Shown: piece after piece, positions 59,301 through 64,000 of the stretch
Numbering within the stretch: the first letter of the stretch is position 1
How the letters are laid out: the number at the start of each line of letters is the position of its first letter
Assembly (NCBI GenBank): GCA_020891255.1
Contig: BQFW01000012.1
Location: 1,364,001-1,428,000, forward strand
Source: Entomortierella parvispora E1425
Taxonomy: Eukaryota; Fungi; Mortierellomycota
Length of the DNA stretch: 64,000 nt
Reading direction: 5' to 3'
The notes under the pieces: model-generated
Databases searched by the model: none
Seen by the model: only the letters and a program-made list of their open reading frames with translations
Told to the model about the DNA's origin: nothing
Translations under genes and position numbers: made by a program

Positions 59301-60174
59301 GATTGTTGATTCTGGATCAAAGCTTAATGCCCAGGGTGTCCCCACTTATCACCTTGGCCAAAAGCTCGCCGTCTCATGGACTGCTCCTCTGAACCACGGA
59401 TCCAAGGACTGGATTGGTATTTACAAGGTCTCGAGCAACGGAAGCAAGAAGGTTACCAACATTGCTTCCAAGAACCGCTACCTCTATGTCGGTCGCGATC
59501 TTGGACTGGGTGAGGCTGAAGAAGGTGTCGAGAACCACGCTGGCAAGGGCGATGGCGAGGTGATGGAGGAGCAGGTTGTCTGGGTTGCAGACAAGGAGAT
59601 CTGCCAGGGCCAAGTTGTCTTTTTAGGCGATAAGTTGCCTTGGTTCGAGGGTCAGTTTGAATTCAGATACCATCACCACGGCCGGTACAACGTCATGGCT
59701 GTCACTGAGCCTTTCGAGATTGCCAGTAAGTGCGCAAAACGGCTACTGCCAAGAGAGGTATCAATATCTGTTTACGTTTTCTAACTGCTTTTTTACCGTC
59801 TGTCAATCTTTGTACTCGTAGTGGATAGCTACCAAGATGAGGAGGAGCACACTGTTTCATCTATCAGCCAGGCTTTGCTTCCCTATGTTCAGCGTTGCTA
59901 CAACTCTGACGAGGAGACTATGCCCTGCACTGCGGACGAGCGCTTCATCATGATCAACGAGGCTATTGCCAAGAGGATTGTCAAGGGCATCCAGATCATG
60001 TACGGCATCGAGTTTGCATGGGAGGTCGTGGCAGCAGACATGAGCTGTCTTCACCTGGCTCTGCGCATCTTTACTGCCCGTAGAGCTTTGGCACCCTTCT
60101 CGACGTTGCCCGCGCCGAGTGTGCCCAGATTCGCTGACCAGGAGAGCGATGCTTTGGGAGCAGCAGCCATTTAA
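56388..60174 (+). CDS. CHO2: Phosphatidylethanolamine N-methyltransferase (Cho2/Pem1)
   Basis: AFGKTPNGT|[100 protein letters not shown]. Confidence 0.95.
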
Positions 60175-60405
60175 GAGGCATCATCTCAATACCACCAACA
60201 ACAATACTGTCGTCGCAATACTACCCACCCACTCACCACATGTACACATCACTTTGCACAGAAATCTATAGAATGAAGTGGCCTTGTTGTAACAACAAAA
60301 AAAAATGTGCAAAGAACCAGTGCTTTGAAAATGAATAAAAATGTTTGTAGATATCTCTATTCCTCTATCCTCTATCGAGTATAATACAGTGTACAGCTCA
60401 TGATT

Positions 60406-61961
60406 TCAATCCAAAGAAAAGATCTCGATAGCATGGACGCCGCCAAGGTCTGGATGTTCGATCTCGGGTTTACTCTGGATCAGTCGAAGTTCGCAACGTT
60501 TGACGATCTGAGAGGCGGAGGCTTGGGTTCGATCCAAGGATCGTCCAGGGGTACCCTTTTGGGTAAGGTATGTTCTCAAGACCACAGCCTTCATAGTGGC
60601 AACGACCTTGAGACAGGCCTGGGTCAAAGCTGGCAAGGTGTTCTGCGAGGTCGTATCTTTCAGGGCCTCGTGCAACCGCGCGACCAAAAGGGCGGAGAAC
60701 AGATCACCCGTGCCTGTGAAGTAGCCGTCGTAGGTTGGAAAGCCAATGGCGAATGCTCTCGGTTTCGAAGTGGAAGAGGTTGAGGAGCTGCAAACGCAGT
60801 ACAGAGCTGTATGGGAAGAGTCTTTGTCGTCCTTGTCATTACTGTCGTTTTCTTCAGAGAGCTTTGATCCATTTGTGGTCACGCCTCCGTTTGTTCTATT
60901 AGTTGTTGTTGATGATGAAGCAGAACGCGAGCAGTTCTGGATGTCTTTGATGGAGAGGGTGACAGAGGTCAAGATGACATGCTCCACGCCTTCTTTATGC
61001 AAGATGTCAATGACCTCTAGACAAGACTGGATATCCGTGATCTTTTTGTCGGCAAGGATCCTATTTCACAATGATAGGAGAAAGTAGCAAAGATTGTTAG
61101 GAAAAGGTTGATACTTTAGACATAAATCTTTGTCTTTTTTTTTCAAAGGAGAAGGAGGGGACTTACTCGGCTTCAAACTGGTTGGGCGTGATGGCTTTGG
61201 CAAACTTCAAGAGCCCTTTGTAAATGGGAATGACATCTGGTTGAACATAGAGTTGATCATGGTCTCCCATGACTGGATCCAAAACTAAAGAAAAGAATTC
61301 CCGAGGGTATGAGTTGATAAGTTGATACAGGCCAAAACAAGTTTTTTCTAGATGGCAATGATACTCAGTGAGATCTGTACCAAAGAAGGGTTGTCCATGA
61401 TCCTGTAAACGTTCAATGATGCTGGCAACAGCAGTCAAGTTCTGAGCACTCCCGATGTATCCTAATGTCGTATGAAACAAAAAGGAAGGGAAGTGAGAAA
61501 TATTGGATCAAAGGTTGTCCCCCTTGATCCCTTCCCCCCTTTCCCGATATCCTTGGATCTTGTCCTTAGATCTCGTCCTTGGACAGTTACCTGTCAAGAG
61601 ATGGGTATAGTCGACAAGTCCATTGGTTTCCAAGCCCTCAAACAGCTTTGTGAGCTGATCTCCAGTGGCCTTTTCGCCCGTCCACGATGGATATCCTAAA
61701 GAAGCAAAAACAGAGATGGTAAATGGTTGTCAGACATCATTCTTTTTGTGGCTGCAGAGTGCCTGTGCACTAAAAAAAGGGGGATTTCTTCCCGCTGTTG
61801 CTGGTAGTAGCACGAAACGAACCAGTGTGGTTGGAGAAGCTGACAGTGTTCATCACGTCGACATCGAATCCGAGGAGCTGCAAGGGGAATGTCGCCGCTT
61901 TGTTCCCACAGTAGCCGGATACAATATGGGACTGTATGCTGAGAACTCTTGGACTGGACAT
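60406..61961 (-). CDS. BUD16: Pyridoxal kinase
   Basis: [73 protein letters not shown]. Confidence 0.95.
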
Positions 61962-62311
61962 GATGGGGAATGTAGGGTGGAGAGGGAATGAAAAGTGCTC
62001 GGAAGAATGTCACGGAAAGGATGGCAATGCAGCTCTTTTTTTCTTTGGTCTTAAACACCACGCGAGGCTGCATGCATTGAAAGTCTGTGGAGATGAATGT
62101 TGGCCCCTTAAGCGCCGCCAAAATCGACCGAGGATGTGTCGCGAAGAGAGAACGTCCCTGTGTGGTGGAAGTCCTCATCACTCTATCTATAGCTTATATC
62201 TATGGTCCTTCAGCAACAGCCACGTTCCCTGCAAGTACTCCTATGGATTGTTTTATCGTCTGTCTGTACGTCTGTCTGTTTGTCTGTCTGTCTGCTAGTT
62301 TCAAGGTATAT

Positions 62312-62990
62312 CTACTCGCCAAAGAGACGGCGAACACGCTTGAGCACACTGTCCTTTTCTGGGTCATAGGGGTGATCCTTAGAGGGGATCTCGAGGATGG
62401 TGGGGAAGGCTTGGTCATGCTCATCGATAAGGGGCCTGATCTCCTCTGCAATCTAATGAAGAAAAAAAGGGTGTCGTGTCCATGGTTGTCAGCCATCATC
62501 CCATGATACTTGATCACGACAGCACCTTTTTCTCAAAATAGGGTTGGTCCTAGCCTCGCTTACATGCTGGTTAATGAGAATGATGGCAATGTCCTTGCGC
62601 TTGGTGAATTCTTGGAAAGCCTCTTCGACCGTAGAGAGGGGTGTCTCTATAAGGAATAATGAAAATGAAAAGAGGTGCCTCGATGTTCAGTCTTTGATTC
62701 ACTTTGTCGTGTTGTCCAACAAGTGGCAAGAACGAAACACATACTGGCGTCCACGACCAAAAAGTTCTTTTTCTGATGCGAGTCAATGTGACCGATGCCA
62801 GCCAGGAGCAAACCAGTGATGGAATCCTCGTCGCCGATGGCGGCCATAAAAGTGCGCTCCTATGAACAGTTGATGGAATAAGATTGTTTTCCTTGTTGAT
62901 TAGCCGCTCTGGCGCTTGCCAAGTGGTGCGAGTGCATGCATGCATGTCATGTATGCAGTGAGTGCATGTTGTCCGTACTGTTTGCGCCAT
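62312..62990 (-). CDS. VMA7: V-type ATPase subunit F
   Basis: MAQT|[23 protein letters not shown]...[15 protein letters not shown]|IAEEIR...[30 protein letters not shown]. Confidence 0.95.
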
Positions 62991-63360
62991 TGTGAGAGAG
63001 AGTTTCTTCCTGTCTTGACGCTGTCCCAAGTCTGCGTGAGAAGAAGAAGAGGAAGAAGGAAAAGAAAGAGGGTGATGAAACGAACGAATGAACAAAAGGA
63101 GGGAATTCCATTGAATGCGATGCTCCCCACTCGTCTCCCGAGACGTGTCCAGCAGTCACCTTTTTACGACCTTCTTTCCCTTCAACGACTGGCCCCAACT
63201 GTCGAGCCAAGGGAACGCGTGCATGCTTCTTTTTTTTTTCATTCTTTCTTTCATCCATCATCATCATCGCCTCCTTCTTCGCCTCGCTGCAACAGTCTGT
63301 CTACATCTACCCCCGACGCATCTCTTCCTCGGGATTAGCACTCGTTCTCTTCTCTGTCTG

Positions 63361-64000
63361 ATGCGCGTCGCTCGCTCTCCCATGAAGACCTCTGTCCTGG
63401 CCCTGGCCCTGGTAGCCATGCAGGCCCTGACGTCCGAGGCCTCGTCCTCGTCCTCACCCCCTATCCAGGCTTCCATTCGTGCCTCCTGGGAGACCCCTCC
63501 CCTCCTGCTCGAGATCTTGTAAGGCTTTCATATCTTTTTCTCAAGAATGATATCGCAAGAAATCGGCTCTACATTCCTGTGCCTCACAATGTCCCTAACG
63601 TCATTGTTCCTCCTGTGCTTCTCTTTTCCATTATCACCTCTAAGGGAAACGGTGGCGGTTGAAAACAAGACTGCATACTTTCCATTGATGCGTCAATTGA
63701 CCGAGACTCAGTTCCTGGCCGGCATCAACTCGGACAAGGATCTGTACCAAAAGAGCATGGATCTGATTCAGGAACAAGGGCATGTCCATCCCGAGGCTTT
63801 GTCGACGCTGAAGCTGTCCATGGCCATGCATACGGCCGCACCTTGGATCCAGGCGCACTACCATCTGTACAGCTCAACCATTGTTCCTGACAGGACCTCA
63901 AAGTCAGGATTCAACCCGGACTGCGGTGTCTGGGTCGACTGGTACGATCAGCAGATCTGCTCCGTGTCCGAGTTGGAAACTCTGGTGGCTGGAGGATTGG
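63361..64000 (+). CDS. UGGT1: UDP-glucose:glycoprotein glucosyltransferase, N-terminal part (runs off the window)
   Basis: Signal peptide, PIQASIRASWETPPLLLEIL|ETVAVEN, LKLSMAMHTAAPWIQAHYHLY, CGVWVDWYDQQICS. Intron ~63519-63642. Confidence 0.8.

Noticed and set aside
1-64000. CRISPR array, tRNA or rRNA genes
   Set aside because: No repeat-spacer array or recognisable RNA gene was seen. The repeats are microsatellites or coding repeats.

Overview
Eukaryotic, intron-rich fungal DNA. Gene structure, a Crinkler gene and retained CstF-50 suggest an early-diverging fungus, probably Mortierellaceae (inference). Most of the window is a compact run of spliced housekeeping genes: a ~2,900-aa acidic Trp-motif protein, an Air1/2-like zinc-knuckle protein, eIF4B, SEC14, PHO81/NUC-2, a MAT2B/RmlD-like reductase, CSTF1, GCP2/SPC97, a coiled-coil protein, a single-pass membrane protein, CPD photolyase, TOP2, CHO2, pyridoxal kinase, VMA7 and the 5' end of UGGT. 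Three accessory patches interrupt it: (1) a Crinkler (CRN) pseudogene at 15.2-16.7 kb; (2) an XPG/FEN1-type PIN nuclease gene at 20.0-21.0 kb; (3) a decayed prephenate dehydratase fragment abutting a spliced Fanzor/TnpB-like RuvC nuclease gene at 47.8-50.1 kb. The Fanzor keeps all three RuvC catalytic residues but has one +1 frameshift, and it sits directly in front of TOP2. It and its possible link to the PIN gene are the main leads. Exon boundaries were inferred by eye from GT/AG, branch-point and reading-frame logic; no database searches were run.
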